Assembly: GCA_026391695.1 (NCBI GenBank)
Contig: JAPLDP010000077.1
Location: 6,462-70,461, forward strand
Direction: 5' to 3'
Source: Bacteroidota bacterium
Lineage (GTDB): Bacteria > Bacteroidota > Bacteroidia > Bacteroidales > JAGONC01
Length of the DNA stretch: 64,000 bases
Part shown: piece after piece, positions 27,306-39,700 of the stretch
Layout: the number at the start of each line of letters is the position of its first letter
How positions within the stretch are numbered: the first letter of the stretch is position 1
Translations under genes and position numbers: made by a program
Notes under the pieces: model-generated
The model's input: only the letters and a program-made list of their open reading frames with translations
Told to the model about the DNA's origin: nothing
The model's database searches: none

Positions 27306-29555
27306 ATGTATCAGGTTGACTTAGAAAAGGAGAAACATGAGATCATCAGGAGGTATCGGAACCTGCTGAGGGCCTGGCATCCGGCCAGCGGAACAAAAGA
27401 TAAGACAATGATCCGCAAGGCACTGGACTTTGCCGTTGAAGCTCATAAGGATATGCGCCGCAAAACCGGTGAGCCCTATATCTATCATCCACTTGAAGTA
27501 GCCAGAATTGTCGCCGCTGAAATAGGCCTGGGCGAGACTTCCATCGTCTGCGCCCTGTTGCATGATGTGGTCGAAGATACTGACTATACCCTGTCGGATA
27601 TTGAAATGATATTCGGTGAGAAAGTATCCAGGATCATCGACGGTCTGACTAAAATTAAAGGGATTTTTAACTCTCCGACGACCTCAGGGCAAGCCGAATA
27701 TTTTAAAAAGATACTATTGACTCTTTCAGATGATGTGAGGGTTATATTGATCAAACTGGCCGACAGGCTCCATAACATGCGGACACTGGAAGCCTTGCCG
27801 CGTGAAAAACAACTGAAGATTGCTTCGGAAACGGCATTTCTTTTTGCTCCCCTGGCCCATCGGCTGGGCCTTTATGCCATCAAGAGCGAAATGGAAGATC
27901 TTGCCCTGAAATACACCGAGCCGGAGATTTACAGGACGATATCCGGGAAATTAAAAGAATCGGAGAAGGACAGAAATAAATTCATCGCGAAATTCATCCA
28001 ACCTCTCCGGAAAGAGCTGGCACACCAGGATTTTAAGTTCGATATCGAAGGCCGTGTGAAGTCCATCTTTTCCATCTGGAAAAAAATGAAAGAAAAAGAG
28101 ATCCCATTCGAAGAGGTGTTTGATATTTTTGCCTTGAGGATCATCATTGATGCCATTTTTGAAGCAGAGAAAGTGGACTGCTGGCGTGTATATACGATTG
28201 TGACGGAATCATACAGCCCCTTGCACAACCGTTTACGTGACTGGATTTCCACACCCAAAGCCAATGGATATGAATCGCTTCATACTACCGTCATGAGCCA
28301 CACCGGCCGGTGGGTAGAGGTACAGATCAGGACGAAAAGAATGAATGAAATAGCAGAAAGGGGATATGCGGCTCACTGGAAATATAAAAATGCCAATTCA
28401 AATGTAACCGCTGTGGACCAGTGGCTGAACAAGATCACAGAATTACTCATGACACCCGAATCCAATGCACTCGACTTTCTTGATGAATTCAAGCTGAATC
28501 TTTTCACAGATGAGATTAATGTCTTTACTCCGAAAGGGGAACTGAGATCCTTACCTGTCGGCTCCACAGCCGTTGATTTTGCTTACGGTATTCATACCGA
28601 TCTTGGTGATCAAAGCATCGGTGCCAAGGTTAATCATAAGCTTGTCGCCCTCAGCCACGTGCTGCGCAATGGCGATCAGGTGGAAATCATCACTTCCGGG
28701 AAGCAGAAACCGAAGGAAGACTGGCTTAACTTTGTGGTGACAGCCAAAGCCAGATCACGCATAAAGGAAGCCATAAAAGAAGATAAAAAGAAATATATCG
28801 ACGAGGGCAAGGTGAAGCTGAGATCGTACCTGGAACAGCTGGATGTCGAATTTACAAATACCAACCTGTCGAGAATCCAGGGCTTCTTTAATATACATAG
28901 CGCCATTGATCTTTTTTATAAAGTCGCCAATAATGAGATAGGCCTTAAAGAGCTCAAAAACTGCTGCCAGGAGCATGACCGTGGCGGGTTGCTGGGCCTT
29001 ATCACGCGGCCTTTCATCAAATCCAGACCCAATGAACCAAAATCCTTGTCAGAGGCCATTGCCGAACAGATCAGTAAAAAACCCGAGTCACTTGTCCTGA
29101 AGGAAGATATGGAGAGCATCACATATCGCATTGCTGAATGTTGCGATCCTATCCCGGGCGATGACGTGGTTGGATTCATGACTTCAGAGAAAAATGAAAT
29201 AGAGATACACCGGACTAATTGCAGCGAAGCTATCCTTCTCATGACTAAATATGGTAACAGAATTGTTAAAGCGAAATGGCGCAGTAAGGAATCTATCGGA
29301 TTTCTGACCGGCATAAAAATCATTGGCCTTGACAGAAAGGGACTGATCAATGAAATTACACAAATCATATCGGGAAAACTTGATTTGAACATCCGTTCAT
29401 TCCACCTTGAAACCCATGAAGGCATGTGGAATGCATTAGTTATGCTTTATGTTCACAATACACAGAACCTTAATGATCTCATAAGGCAATTGAAAAACCT
29501 CGACTCGGTGAAGAAAGTCGTCCGTATTAACCGCATGGATGAAAAAGTCATTTAG
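27306..29555 (+). CDS. spoT: bifunctional (p)ppGpp synthetase/hydrolase, RelA/SpoT homologue
   Basis: HD hydrolase motif (HPLEVA...LLHDVVEDT), synthetase motif (GYESLHTTV, EVQIRT), and TGS and ACT regions. The start could also be the ATG at 27264, which abuts the repeat. Confidence 0.93.
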   Translation: MYQVDLEKEKHEIIRRYRNLLRAWHPASGTKDKTMIRKALDFAVEAHKDMRRKTGEPYIYHPLEVARIVAAEIGLGETSIVCALLHDVVEDTDYTLSDIEMIFGEKVSRIIDGLTKIKGIFNSPTTSGQAEYFKKILLTLSDDVRVILIKLADRLHNMRTLEALPREKQLKIASETAFLFAPLAHRLGLYAIKSEMEDLALKYTEPEIYRTISGKLKESEKDRNKFIAKFIQPLRKELAHQDFKFDIEGRVKSIFSIWKKMKEKEIPFEEVFDIFALRIIIDAIFEAEKVDCWRVYTIVTESYSPLHNRLRDWISTPKANGYESLHTTVMSHTGRWVEVQIRTKRMNEIAERGYAAHWKYKNANSNVTAVDQWLNKITELLMTPESNALDFLDEFKLNLFTDEINVFTPKGELRSLPVGSTAVDFAYGIHTDLGDQSIGAKVNHKLVALSHVLRNGDQVEIITSGKQKPKEDWLNFVVTAKARSRIKEAIKEDKKKYIDEGKVKLRSYLEQLDVEFTNTNLSRIQGFFNIHSAIDLFYKVANNEIGLKELKNCCQEHDRGGLLGLITRPFIKSRPNEPKSLSEAIAEQISKKPESLVLKEDMESITYRIAECCDPIPGDDVVGFMTSEKNEIEIHRTNCSEAILLMTKYGNRIVKAKWRSKESIGFLTGIKIIGLDRKGLINEITQIISGKLDLNIRSFHLETHEGMWNALVMLYVHNTQNLNDLIRQLKNLDSVKKVVRINRMDEKVI

Positions 29556-29638
29556 CTTATCCATTGCTTTTGGAAATTTTATTTTTATTTAAACTAAATT
29601 ATAATAAAAATTTAGTACTTTAGGCGAAAATCTCTGGA

Positions 29639-30085
29639 ATGACTAAGAACGACACTATCAATTTCGACACTATCAAGAAAATTTTTACAGATTATCTTGA
29701 GAGTCATGGTCACAGGAAAACTCCTGAACGATATACTATTCTGAAGGAGATTTATTCGACAGACGGGCACTTTGACATTGAGACTCTTTATATCAGGATG
29801 AAGAACAACAAATACAGGGTGAGCCGGGCAACACTATACAATACCATTGAGCTTTTATTGAATTGCAGGCTGGTGACCAAGCATCAGTTTGGCAACAATT
29901 CGGCTGAATTTGAAAAATCATATAAATTTGGTGCTCACGATCATTTTATTGATGAAGATACCGGCAAGATCAAAGAGTTTTATGATCCGCGGATAGAAGA
30001 AGTCAGGGATTCGGTTGAAAAGCTCCTGAATGTGGAGATTTCACATTATGCCCTGACATTTTACGGCAGGTCAAGGAACCGGTAG
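29639..30085 (+). CDS. Fur family transcriptional regulator
   Basis: 148 aa with a winged-helix part ([23 protein letters not shown]...K....[13 protein letters not shown]). The fur-purA neighbourhood is typical of Bacteroidota. Confidence 0.85.
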   Translation: MTKNDTINFDTIKKIFTDYLESHGHRKTPERYTILKEIYSTDGHFDIETLYIRMKNNKYRVSRATLYNTIELLLNCRLVTKHQFGNNSAEFEKSYKFGAHDHFIDEDTGKIKEFYDPRIEEVRDSVEKLLNVEISHYALTFYGRSRNR

Positions 30086-30209
30086 TAATAATCATTTAAA
30101 GCGATCAACAATTTCAAACTATGAAATATCCACCAGAACGATTTTCATTTGAGCCGCAGTGGATATTTTAGGGATATTCCATGTGATCTAAAAAACAAAT
30201 TGATAACAC

Positions 30210-31511
30210 ATGAAAGTAGATGTAATTCTGGGCCTACAATGGGGGGATGAGGGCAAGGGAAAGATAGTGGATAAACTGGCGCCACACTATGATGTCATTG
30301 CACGGTTTCAGGGTGGGGCTAATGCCGGTCATACTATTAATATCAAGGGCGATACCCATATCCTTCATCTGATTCCGTCGGGTATTTTTCATGAGGATAA
30401 AATCAATATTATCGGCAATGGGGTGATTGTGGATCCCTTTATTCTGAATAAGGAGATCACTGAACTTAAGCTGAAGGATGTTGATGCCACAAAAAATTTG
30501 TTCATTTCGAAAAAAGCGCATCTAATCCTGCCGACACACCGCGTCCTGGATGGCATCTATGAGCGTACCAGGGGAGATGCAAAAGTGGGATCCACCCTGA
30601 AGGGTATTGGACCGACATATACGGATAAGGCTGCAAGAAATGGCATCAGGATAGGGGATATCATACATCCATCATTTTCTAGTCAATATATAGCCTTAAA
30701 GGAAGAACACTTGCGTATCTCCCGGATGTTTAATTGCAACCCGGATGATCTTCCGATTGATGGATTACCTTTCAGAGACTATGAAGCGCGGTGGTTTGAT
30801 GCCATTGACAGGATGAGAGGCCTTCATTTGATTGACAGTGAGTTTTTTATTAATAAGTGCCTGGGTGAAAATAAATCGGTACTTGCCGAAGGAGCGCAGG
30901 GGACCATGCTGGATGTTGATTTCGGAACCTATCCATATGTCACTTCATCTAACACGATCTGTTCAGGTGTCTGCTCGGGATTGGGTGTTGCACCTCAGAT
31001 GATCGGGAAGGTGTATGGTATTATTAAAGCCTATACGACCCGCGTGGGCAGCGGGCCATTTCCAACAGAACTTATGGATGACCAGGGTGATTTATTACGT
31101 GTTAAAGGTCATGAATATGGATCGACCACAGGTCGGCCCAGGCGATGCGGCTGGCTTGACCTGGTGGCAGTCCGGTACGCTGTCATGCTGAATGGCGTCA
31201 GCCACCTTATCATGACCAAAGCCGATGTTCTCAATGGTTTTGAATGTATTAAGGTCTGTAAGCATTACCAGATTAATGATCAAATAATCGACCATTTTCC
31301 TTATTGCGTGATACATGAACCGGTTATCCCTTTGTATGACGAGTTGGCCGGCTGGAAAACTGACATCTCCCGGATAGAAAAATTCAAGGAGGTACCAGTA
31401 GAATTTATGACATATCTACGTTATATTGAAAGCTCACTGGGGATTAAGTTTGTTATGGTCTCAACAGGTTCAGAGAGAGATCAGATGCTGATATCGGGGG
31501 AGCATTTATAA
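30210..31511 (+). CDS. purA: adenylosuccinate synthase
   Basis: [21 protein letters not shown] start, plus GGANAGHT and GTTGRGIGP-like TLKGIGPTY. Confidence 0.97.
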   Translation: MKVDVILGLQWGDEGKGKIVDKLAPHYDVIARFQGGANAGHTINIKGDTHILHLIPSGIFHEDKINIIGNGVIVDPFILNKEITELKLKDVDATKNLFISKKAHLILPTHRVLDGIYERTRGDAKVGSTLKGIGPTYTDKAARNGIRIGDIIHPSFSSQYIALKEEHLRISRMFNCNPDDLPIDGLPFRDYEARWFDAIDRMRGLHLIDSEFFINKCLGENKSVLAEGAQGTMLDVDFGTYPYVTSSNTICSGVCSGLGVAPQMIGKVYGIIKAYTTRVGSGPFPTELMDDQGDLLRVKGHEYGSTTGRPRRCGWLDLVAVRYAVMLNGVSHLIMTKADVLNGFECIKVCKHYQINDQIIDHFPYCVIHEPVIPLYDELAGWKTDISRIEKFKEVPVEFMTYLRYIESSLGIKFVMVSTGSERDQMLISGEHL

Positions 31512-34500
31512 TTTCCTTTTTACTTCAATCTCTTCGTATCCTTCAATGATATCGCCAACTTTAATATCGTTGTAATTCTCAATATTCAATCCACATTCAT
31601 AGCCGGAGGTAACTTCTTTCACGTCATCCTTGAACCGTTTAAGTGACCCGAGTACACCGGTGTAAACTACAATCCCGTTGCGGATAACACGGACTTTCGT
31701 GTGCCTGGTGATCTTACCGTCCAACATCATACACCCGGCCACTGTGCCGATTTTTGAGATCTTAAAGACCTCTCTGACTTCAATGTTGCTGGTGATTTTT
31801 TCTTCTATTTCAGGTGACAGCATGCCTTCGATGGCATCTTTAATTTCGTTGATGGCATTATAAATAATTGAATAAAGCCGGATATCTATCTGTTCCTGTT
31901 CAGCCAGTTTACGGGCACTAACCGACGGCCGCACCTGAAATCCAATGACGATGGCATCTGACGCTGAAGCTAACAAGACATCTGATTCAGTGACGGGCCC
32001 GACAGATTTGTGTATAACATTGACCTGAACCTGTTCGGTGCTCAGCTTCAGTAATGAGTCGGACAAGGCCTCCACAGAGCCATCAACATCACCTTTTACG
32101 ATGATATTCAGTTCTTTGAAGTCACCGATAGCAATACGTCGCCCGATTTCATCCAGAGTAATATGCTTTTGAGTCCTGAGGCCCTGTTCGCGCTGCAGTT
32201 GTAACCTTTTATTCGCAATAGATTTGGCTTCATGTTCATCCTTCATGACATTGAACTGGTCACCGGCCTGTGGTGCACCATTCAAACCCAGAAGGAGAAT
32301 AGGTACTGAGGGCCCTGCCTCTTTTATAGGAATTTTTCTTTCATTGTACATAGCTTTTGCCTTACCAAAGGTAGCACCTGCCAGTACAATATCGCTTATG
32401 TTGATGGTGCCATCCTGGACAAGAAGTTTGGCTACGTATCCGCGGCCTTTATCCAGTGACGATTCGATGACTGTTCCTCTGGCCGGCTTTTCCGGATTGG
32501 CTTTGAGTTCAAGCATTTCGGCCTCCAATAGAACCTTGTCGAGCAGCTCATTAACTCCGGTACCTTTTTTTGCTGATATCTCCTGGCATTGGTATTTTCC
32601 ACCCCAATCCTCGACAAGGATATTCAATTTCGATAATTGTTCCTTGATTTTTTCAGGGTTGGTGTTGGGTTTATCAATCTTATTGATAGCAAAAACCAAG
32701 GGAACGCCGGCAGCTTGGGCATGGTTTATAGCCTCAATAGTCTGGGGCATCACATTATCATCGGCAGAGACGACAACGATGACGATGTCGGTCACTTTTG
32801 CACCCCTGGCCCGCATAGCAGTGAAGGCTTCGTGGCCCGGAGTATCAAGGAAAGTGATTGATTTACCGTTTTCCAGGAAAACCTCATATGCACCGATGTG
32901 CTGGGTTATCCCTCCCGACTCCCCTGCAATGACATTCGTATGACGGATGTAATCCAGCAGGGATGTCTTCCCATGGTCTACGTGACCCATGACCGTGACA
33001 ATAGGTGGACGCCAGGTTAAATCTTCCGGATGGTCTACTTCATCGAATTGGTTAATGGCTTCCTGCACTTCAATGCTGACGAATTCGACCTTAAAACCAA
33101 ACTCTTCGGCAACCAACGTTAATGTTTCTGCATCCAGACGCTGGTTAATGGCAACAAACAATCCCAGCGACATGCAGGTGGAGATAATTGTTGTAACCGG
33201 CACATTCATCATTGTAGCCAGCTCATTAGCTGTAACAAACTCAGTGACCTTAATGAATTTTTTTTCCAATTCAGCTTTATCCAGCTCCTCCTGTCGGAGT
33301 TTTGAAAATGTTTCACGCTTCAGCCGGCGGTATTTCGCAGCCTTGGATTTTCCTGTCGAACTCAGGCGCTGGAGAGTTTCTTTGATCTGCTTTTCAATTT
33401 CTTCTTCCGAAACTTCAGGTTTGAGGTGATCCCTATAAGGTCGTCTGTCTTTAAATTTCTGTTTGGGTAATGGTTCAGCTTTTTTACCAGTTGCGGAAAC
33501 CTGCTCTCCTTCGTGTTTTCTAATACGCTTACGTTTTTTCTTTTTATCTTTTAACTGTTCATCGGAAGATGACGCAACAGGTTTCTTTTTATCAGGTTTT
33601 TTTATCTCGGGAAGAGCCATTGTGCCGAGTATGGTAGGTCCGGTCAACCGTTCTGCCCTGGCCCTGATGACTGTATCCTCAGGTTTCTTTTCTGTATCAG
33701 TTTTTTCCTCAGTCTCCGGACGCACTGTTGTATCGGTGATTTCTTTTGTTTCCTCAGGAGTTACTGTTGTTGTTTCAGGTTTTTCTTTAACGGAGATTTC
33801 AGAGACTTCTCCATTAATAGTAATGTCTGGTTTATCCGAGGATACATCCTGTAAGGCAGGTTCATCAGTGATGGATTTAGCCTTGCCTTTTTTGGATGGT
33901 TTGGCGATCGTGCTCAGATCTATTTTTCCGAGGATTTTGATTTCTGAGTCGACAAGCCGGGTGGCTTCTGCTGCTGGTTTTTCTTCACCTAATAATGTGT
34001 CGTCCTTAAGGGCTTCTTTCTCCGTGACAGCACCTTTGGTTTTCTTTTCTTTGTCCTCCTTAATTTCTAAAAGTTGTTCAGGAGTGAGGACAGCAGTTTT
34101 TCCCTTTGGTTGCAAATCCGACTTGTCGTCTGGCTTCTTGCGGGCAGGTTCTCCCTCTTTAACTATTTTTTCTTCTTTTTTGGCTTTTTCGGCAGGAGGT
34201 TCTTTTGAGATTCTCCGGTCGGGGACTTCCGGTGTTTTTGTTGTCGTGGTTTTAATGCCAATGTCTTCATAATCAAATGAAAGACTTTTGATAAACAGGT
34301 CTTTCTGCTCTCCGGTACCTTCAGTTTCCTCGTCAATAATCCGTTGGTCTTCAATAGAGAGGGTCAGATGGTCGGTATAGTTCAATCCTATTTTACTGGC
34401 TTCTTCCTTAACATATTTTTCAGACTGGAATTCAGCCATCAGCAGGTTATACATTTCAGGGGACAACTTGGTATTGGGGCCCCCATCGATGTTATGACCT

Positions 34501-34592
34501 TTCTTATGAAGGAATTCAACAATGGTGGTACTGCCAACATTAAACTCCTTTGCGGCTTTACTGAGCCGTATTGATTTACTATCATCTCCCAT
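31506..34592 (-). CDS. infB: translation initiation factor IF-2
   Basis: 1028 aa with a K/E/T-rich N-terminal region and a GTPase domain ([28 protein letters not shown]). It lies downstream of nusA. Confidence 0.97.
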   Translation of the reverse strand: MGDDSKSIRLSKAAKEFNVGSTTIVEFLHKKGHNIDGGPNTKLSPEMYNLLMAEFQSEKYVKEEASKIGLNYTDHLTLSIEDQRIIDEETEGTGEQKDLFIKSLSFDYEDIGIKTTTTKTPEVPDRRISKEPPAEKAKKEEKIVKEGEPARKKPDDKSDLQPKGKTAVLTPEQLLEIKEDKEKKTKGAVTEKEALKDDTLLGEEKPAAEATRLVDSEIKILGKIDLSTIAKPSKKGKAKSITDEPALQDVSSDKPDITINGEVSEISVKEKPETTTVTPEETKEITDTTVRPETEEKTDTEKKPEDTVIRARAERLTGPTILGTMALPEIKKPDKKKPVASSSDEQLKDKKKKRKRIRKHEGEQVSATGKKAEPLPKQKFKDRRPYRDHLKPEVSEEEIEKQIKETLQRLSSTGKSKAAKYRRLKRETFSKLRQEELDKAELEKKFIKVTEFVTANELATMMNVPVTTIISTCMSLGLFVAINQRLDAETLTLVAEEFGFKVEFVSIEVQEAINQFDEVDHPEDLTWRPPIVTVMGHVDHGKTSLLDYIRHTNVIAGESGGITQHIGAYEVFLENGKSITFLDTPGHEAFTAMRARGAKVTDIVIVVVSADDNVMPQTIEAINHAQAAGVPLVFAINKIDKPNTNPEKIKEQLSKLNILVEDWGGKYQCQEISAKKGTGVNELLDKVLLEAEMLELKANPEKPARGTVIESSLDKGRGYVAKLLVQDGTINISDIVLAGATFGKAKAMYNERKIPIKEAGPSVPILLLGLNGAPQAGDQFNVMKDEHEAKSIANKRLQLQREQGLRTQKHITLDEIGRRIAIGDFKELNIIVKGDVDGSVEALSDSLLKLSTEQVQVNVIHKSVGPVTESDVLLASASDAIVIGFQVRPSVSARKLAEQEQIDIRLYSIIYNAINEIKDAIEGMLSPEIEEKITSNIEVREVFKISKIGTVAGCMMLDGKITRHTKVRVIRNGIVVYTGVLGSLKRFKDDVKEVTSGYECGLNIENYNDIKVGDIIEGYEEIEVKRKL

Positions 34593-34689
34593 CTTATCTA
34601 TAAAAATCCTCCTTTAATTAATGTCGCAAAAGTAACAAAATTTATTTATTTCAGTAGTCCTTAACTACTAACAGCAGCTCATTGTTGGT

Positions 34690-35925
34690 TTATTCAAATT
34701 CGGCTTTCAATATTTTAAGCACTTCTTTAATAGTTTCTTCTTCCAGGTCGGTTCGCTTCACCAGTTCATCGATACTCAGTTCCATCGCACTTTTAGCTGT
34801 ATCACAGCCGATATTCTTAAGTTCATCGATGATCCACTGATCAATTTCATCAGAAAACTCCTGAAGGTCAACATCTTCATAATCAACATCCGTATCGCGG
34901 TAGACATCTATTTCATAGCCTGTGAGTTTACCTGCCAGCTTAATGTTGAATCCGCCTTTACCTATTGCCAGCGACACCTGGTCGGGTTTCATATACACTT
35001 CAGCCCGTTTATTTTTATCATCAATATGTATTGAAGATATTTTAGCCGGGCTTAAAGCTCTGGTAATGAATAATGTGGGATTATTCGTGAAATTGATCAC
35101 ATCGATATTTTCATTTTTAAGTTCACGCACAATACCGTGAATACGTGATCCTTTCATGCCAACACAGGCGCCGACAGGATCAATTCTGTCGTCATAGGAT
35201 TCAACGGCGATTTTAGCCCGTTCCCCAGGGACCCTGACGATTTTTTTTATGGTAATCAAACCATCGTAAACCTCCGGTACTTCGGCTTCAAACAAGCGTT
35301 CAAGAAAAACAGGTGACGTCCTTGATAAGATAATATAAGGGGTATTATTTCGCATTTCCACCTTTAAAACAACGGCACGTATTGTGTCACCCTTACGGTA
35401 ATGATCCGAAGGGATCTGTTCTGATTTGGGCAGGATAAGTTCTATGGATTCATCATCCAGAACCAGTATTTCTTTTTTCCACATCTGGTAAACTTCACCA
35501 GTGATAATCTCCCCGATTTTCTCACTGTACTTTTTATAAATATTATCCTTCTCGTATTCCTGTATTTTGGAGATAAGGTTTTGCCTGATCGAAAGTATTT
35601 CCCGGCGACCGAAATCTTCTAATTTTATTTCCTCCGAGACTTCCTCGCCGACCTCAAAATCAGGTTCAATTTTAACTGCCGCAGAGTATGCTATCTGTGT
35701 ATTGTCATCTTCAACTTCCCCATCTTCAACGATTTCCCTGTTTCTCCATATTTCCAGGTCACCTTTGTCAATGTTGACAATGATATCGAAATTATCTTCG
35801 GAACCATATTTTTTTATCAGCATGTGTTTGAAGACATCTTCCAGAATACGCATCATGGTTTCACGGTCGATATTCTTAAATTCTTTAAATTCTGAGAAGG
35901 TTTCGACTAAATTCATATGTTCCAT
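34690..35925 (-). CDS. nusA: transcription termination/antitermination factor NusA
   Basis: S1 and KH domains (GACVGMKGSRI.., AIGKGGFNIKLA), within a rimP-nusA-infB order. Confidence 0.96.
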   Translation of the reverse strand: MEHMNLVETFSEFKEFKNIDRETMMRILEDVFKHMLIKKYGSEDNFDIIVNIDKGDLEIWRNREIVEDGEVEDDNTQIAYSAAVKIEPDFEVGEEVSEEIKLEDFGRREILSIRQNLISKIQEYEKDNIYKKYSEKIGEIITGEVYQMWKKEILVLDDESIELILPKSEQIPSDHYRKGDTIRAVVLKVEMRNNTPYIILSRTSPVFLERLFEAEVPEVYDGLITIKKIVRVPGERAKIAVESYDDRIDPVGACVGMKGSRIHGIVRELKNENIDVINFTNNPTLFITRALSPAKISSIHIDDKNKRAEVYMKPDQVSLAIGKGGFNIKLAGKLTGYEIDVYRDTDVDYEDVDLQEFSDEIDQWIIDELKNIGCDTAKSAMELSIDELVKRTDLEEETIKEVLKILKAEFE

Positions 35926-35936
35926 AAATCCTGATT

Positions 35937-36404
35937 TTAAAGTCTGTTATTTTTAAATGTTACAATGCCTTTAGTTTCCTTTATCTGATCAAAGGGTATG
36001 TGGTGGACACTTTCTTCGGATTTCTTTTTTGTTTTTTTGACTGTTTCCGGTTTGATGACAATATATTGATGGTTTGCTTCAAGCAACAGGCCTGTCAGTT
36101 TTACGCCATCCATAAGGGTCACACTGACCGGACGACCGATATTTTTTTTATATTGACGCAGGTTTTTATATGGCTGATCAATGCCGGCAGATGAAACAAT
36201 CAGTTCAAAATCCTCCTCATCGCGGTCAAGATGTTTTTCGACATACTTGCTTGTCATGATACAGTCATCCACTGTGATGCTACTGTCACTGTCGATGTAA
36301 ATATAGATTCTGTTGTCCGGTTTTATGCGGATGTCAACCATAAACTTATCACTTTGCTCGAGCGATTGTTCCACAAGATGTATTATTTTTTCCTTTTCGA
36401 TCAT
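35937..36404 (-). CDS. rimP: ribosome maturation factor RimP
   Basis: 155 aa, immediately upstream of nusA, with RimP-like sequence (..VSSAGIDQP...RQY..NIGR.V.V). Confidence 0.88.
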   Translation of the reverse strand: MIEKEKIIHLVEQSLEQSDKFMVDIRIKPDNRIYIYIDSDSSITVDDCIMTSKYVEKHLDRDEEDFELIVSSAGIDQPYKNLRQYKKNIGRPVSVTLMDGVKLTGLLLEANHQYIVIKPETVKKTKKKSEESVHHIPFDQIKETKGIVTFKNNRL

Positions 36405-36430
36405 TATTAATGTGATTCGTGATGTATATC

Positions 36431-36456
36431 TAACAAAACAGGGGACATAGTCCCCT
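36431..36456 (-). terminator. intrinsic terminator downstream of tRNA-Gln
   Basis: On the minus strand: AGGGGAC-TAT-GTCCCCT followed by GTTTTGTT. Confidence 0.65.
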
Positions 36457-36477
36457 CACCACCATTCTATATTTCTG

Positions 36478-36550
36478 TTGTCCGACCAGGGGTCGAACCT
36501 GGAGTCTTCTGAACCAAAATCAGACGTGTTGCCAGTTACACCATCGGACA
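36478..36550 (-). tRNA. tRNA-Gln (anticodon UUG)
   Basis: Hand-folded cloverleaf: acceptor TGTCCGA/TCGGACA, D arm GTGT-AACTGGCA-ACAC, anticodon arm TCTGA-TTTTGGT-TCAGA, T arm CCAGG-TTCGACC-CCTGG, discriminator A. No CCA is encoded. Confidence 0.88.
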
Positions 36551-36573
36551 AGGTATTCCCTTAAAAAGGGATG

Positions 36574-36581
36574 CAAAGATA
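36574..36581 (-). promoter_or_regulatory. Bacteroidota-type -7 box (TATCTTTG on the minus strand) for tRNA-Gln
   Basis: Matches TAnnTTTG, about 24 nt upstream of the mature tRNA 5' end. Confidence 0.35.
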
Positions 36582-36739
36582 CAAATATTTCCAATTTCTA
36601 TAATAAAAAGAATAATTTTGATTTGAAAGCCGATGTGACAGCTCTTTAACACATCTAAAATATATTTACATTCGTGTCGTCTTGAGTAAAATTTATAACT
36701 TCGCTACACAAAATTGTAAAATCATTAAAATACCGATTA

Positions 36740-39700
36740 ATGAAAAGATACAAACTGCTGAATAACATCACTGGATGGATAGTATTTATCATCGCCAGTT
36801 TCGTTTATATTTCTACAGTCGAGCCAACAGCAAGTTGGTGGGATTGCGGGGAGTATATTGCAACAGCTTTTAAGTTACAGGTCGGTCATCCTCCAGGAGC
36901 ACCAATGTTTCAGATGTTAGGCCGGTTTTTTTCGCTGTTTGCCTTTGGCGATACATCAAAAGTTGCGCTGATGGTCAACCTCATGTCGGCATTAGCCAGC
37001 AGCTTTACTATACTCTTTCTTTTCTGGAGTATTACTCATCTGGCGAAAAAACTGGTTATTACTGACAACGAGTATACTGATGGCAAAATATATACTGTCC
37101 TGGGTTGTGGCCTCATCGGTGCGCTGGCTTATACTTTTACTGATTCGTTCTGGTTCTCGGCTGTTGAAGGTGAAGTTTATGCCAGTTCATCATTTTATAC
37201 GGCCATTGTCTTTTGGGCGATTCTGAAATGGGAAAGCGTTGCTGATAGCAAACATGCTGACCGATGGATCATATTCATCGCTTATCTTATTGGCCTCTCC
37301 ATTGGTGTCCATTTACTGAACCTTTTGGCTATACCGGCTATTGCTTTTGTGTTTTATTTTAAGAAATACACGCCAACGGCTAAAGGTATGATAAAAACAT
37401 TGGTCATATCTCTCCTCCTTCTTGCTTTTGCGATGTATGTCATCATTCCTGAAATAGTGAATTTATTTGCAAAAACGGAACTACTATTTGTTAATACCAT
37501 TGGGCTTCCGTTCAATTCCGGAACTATTTTCTTTGTCCTTGTCACCGCCGGGCTCATCATTTGCGGTATTTTATACACGACAAGGCATGAACAGTCTTCA
37601 CCATTACGAACATCACTGATCGTTTTATCTATAGTCTTTGTGATTCTGATGCTGGTTGCCAGCACATCTGTCGGGAATTTTATTTTCCGGTTAATCCTGG
37701 TTGGCGCCATCACCAGTATTTTTTATTTTTACCGTAATAAGAAAGCTCTGCTGAATACGGTGATACTCTGCTTCACCTTTATTTTGATCGGTTATTCTTC
37801 ATTCATATTGATCATCATAAGGGCCAATGCCAATACACCGATAAATGAGAACGCGCCCAAAGATGCCATCAGCCTTTTATCCTATCTCAACAGGGAGCAA
37901 TATGGATCGTGGCCCATATTTTATGGCCAGTATTATAATACGCCGCTGGATGCTGAAAATCCTTATAAAGACGGAAGCCCTGTTTATGTTAAGGATGCGC
38001 AGAAAGGTGAGTACATCATCACTGATGACAGGAAATCTTCGATACCCAATTATGATTCACGTTTTATGACCTTTTTCCCCAGGATGTGGAGCAACCAGAA
38101 AGACAGCCATATCACCGCATATAAAGAATGGGGGAAGGTCAAAGGTATCCCTGTGTCGTATACAGGACGAGATGGCAAAGCAGAAGTGATCCAAAAACCA
38201 ACATTCAGCGAAAACTTAAGGTTTTTCTTCCGGTATCAGGTGGGACATATGTACTGGCGGTATTTTATGTGGAATTTTGTCGGAAGGCAAAATGATATTG
38301 AAGGGCATGGCGGCATTGAAAACGGGAATTGGCTCAGTGGCATCAAATTTATTGATAATAATAGACTGGGCAACCAGGATTACCTGCCTTCTTCTAGACA
38401 AAGTCCTGCAAGGAATACATTCTTTTTTTTACCGCTGATACTCGGATTGATTGGATTGTTTTATCATCTGAATAAAAATTACAAGGACACTCTTATTGTG
38501 GCCCTTTTATTCTTTATGACCGGTCTTGCCATTTTAGTGTACCTGAACCAGACGCCTTACCAGCCACGTGAGCGGGATTACTCCTATGCCGGCTCTTTTT
38601 ATGCGTTCGCCATCTGGATCGGTTTGGGAATCATTCCTCTTGTTGAATTACTTAGCAGAGTGTTAAAACGGAATATCTCGGCCATCATCGTCACTATCCT
38701 GTGTTTAATATTGGTACCTGGCATTATGGCGAACCAGGGATGGGATGACCATAACCGGTCAGGCAAATATGCGGCTTTTGATTATGCGAAAAATTATCTC
38801 AACTCCTGTGCCCCCAATGCGATACTGATAACCAACGGCGATAACGACACCTTTCCTTTATGGTACGCTCAGGAGGTAGAAGGTGTGAGAACTGATGTCA
38901 GGGTCGTCAATTTCATGCTGGCCTCAGGGGACTGGTATATTCATCAGATGGCTAATAAAGTCTATGATTCAGAACCGCTCAAATTCACTTTGACACAAGA
39001 TCAGTACAACAAGGGAATTAACCAGATCATACCTTATTTTGAGGAAAAGAGCATCAAGGGACGCGTTGAGTTAAAGCTCCTTGTTGACTTCCTTGCCAGT
39101 GAAAACCAGAGTACCAAGGTTATGTTGCAGAATGGACAATGGATAAAATACTTTCCTACTAAAAAGGTCAGGCTTACCGTTGATCCGGGAAAGGCTGTAA
39201 CGAATGGCATAGTTCCCCGTTATCTGGCCGGCAGGATTGATTCGGTTGTTGAATGGGACATCAAAACCAATTATCTGTATAAAAATGACCTGATGCTCCT
39301 TGATTTTCTGGCTACCAATAACTGGGAACGGCCGGTCTATTTTGCCAATCCATCCAGCGTAGGCCATATCTTTAATGTGGAACCATATTTCCACCTTGAA
39401 GGATTTGTTTACAAGTTCATGCCTGTCAAAGCATTTGATTATATTCAGGGTTTAGGTGGGATATCAACCGAAGAAACCTATGATATCCTTATAAATAAAT
39501 GTAAATGGGGGAACCTGAATTCTCCGAGGGTATATGTCGACAGGGAGAGTTACCGTAATTCCATGATACCCAAGCAAAATTTTATGCGGTTAGCACAGGC
39601 TCTCATGGAAATAAATAAGCCAGATTCAGCTGTTAGGGCAGCAGATGTTTGCCTTGAAGTATTTCCGGATAATAAGATAAAATTTGATGTTTATATGTTG

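Noticed and set aside
30086-30209. Possible purine riboswitch upstream of purA
   Set aside because: The conserved three-way-junction core and loop-loop motifs of the purine riboswitch are not present. Only a simple inverted repeat is visible.
32224-34272. Long antisense ORFs inside infB (239, 146 and 269 aa)
   Set aside because: They lie opposite a confidently identified IF-2 gene. They are S/F/L-rich low-complexity translations of the complement of the K/E/T-rich region, which is a typical shadow ORF pattern.
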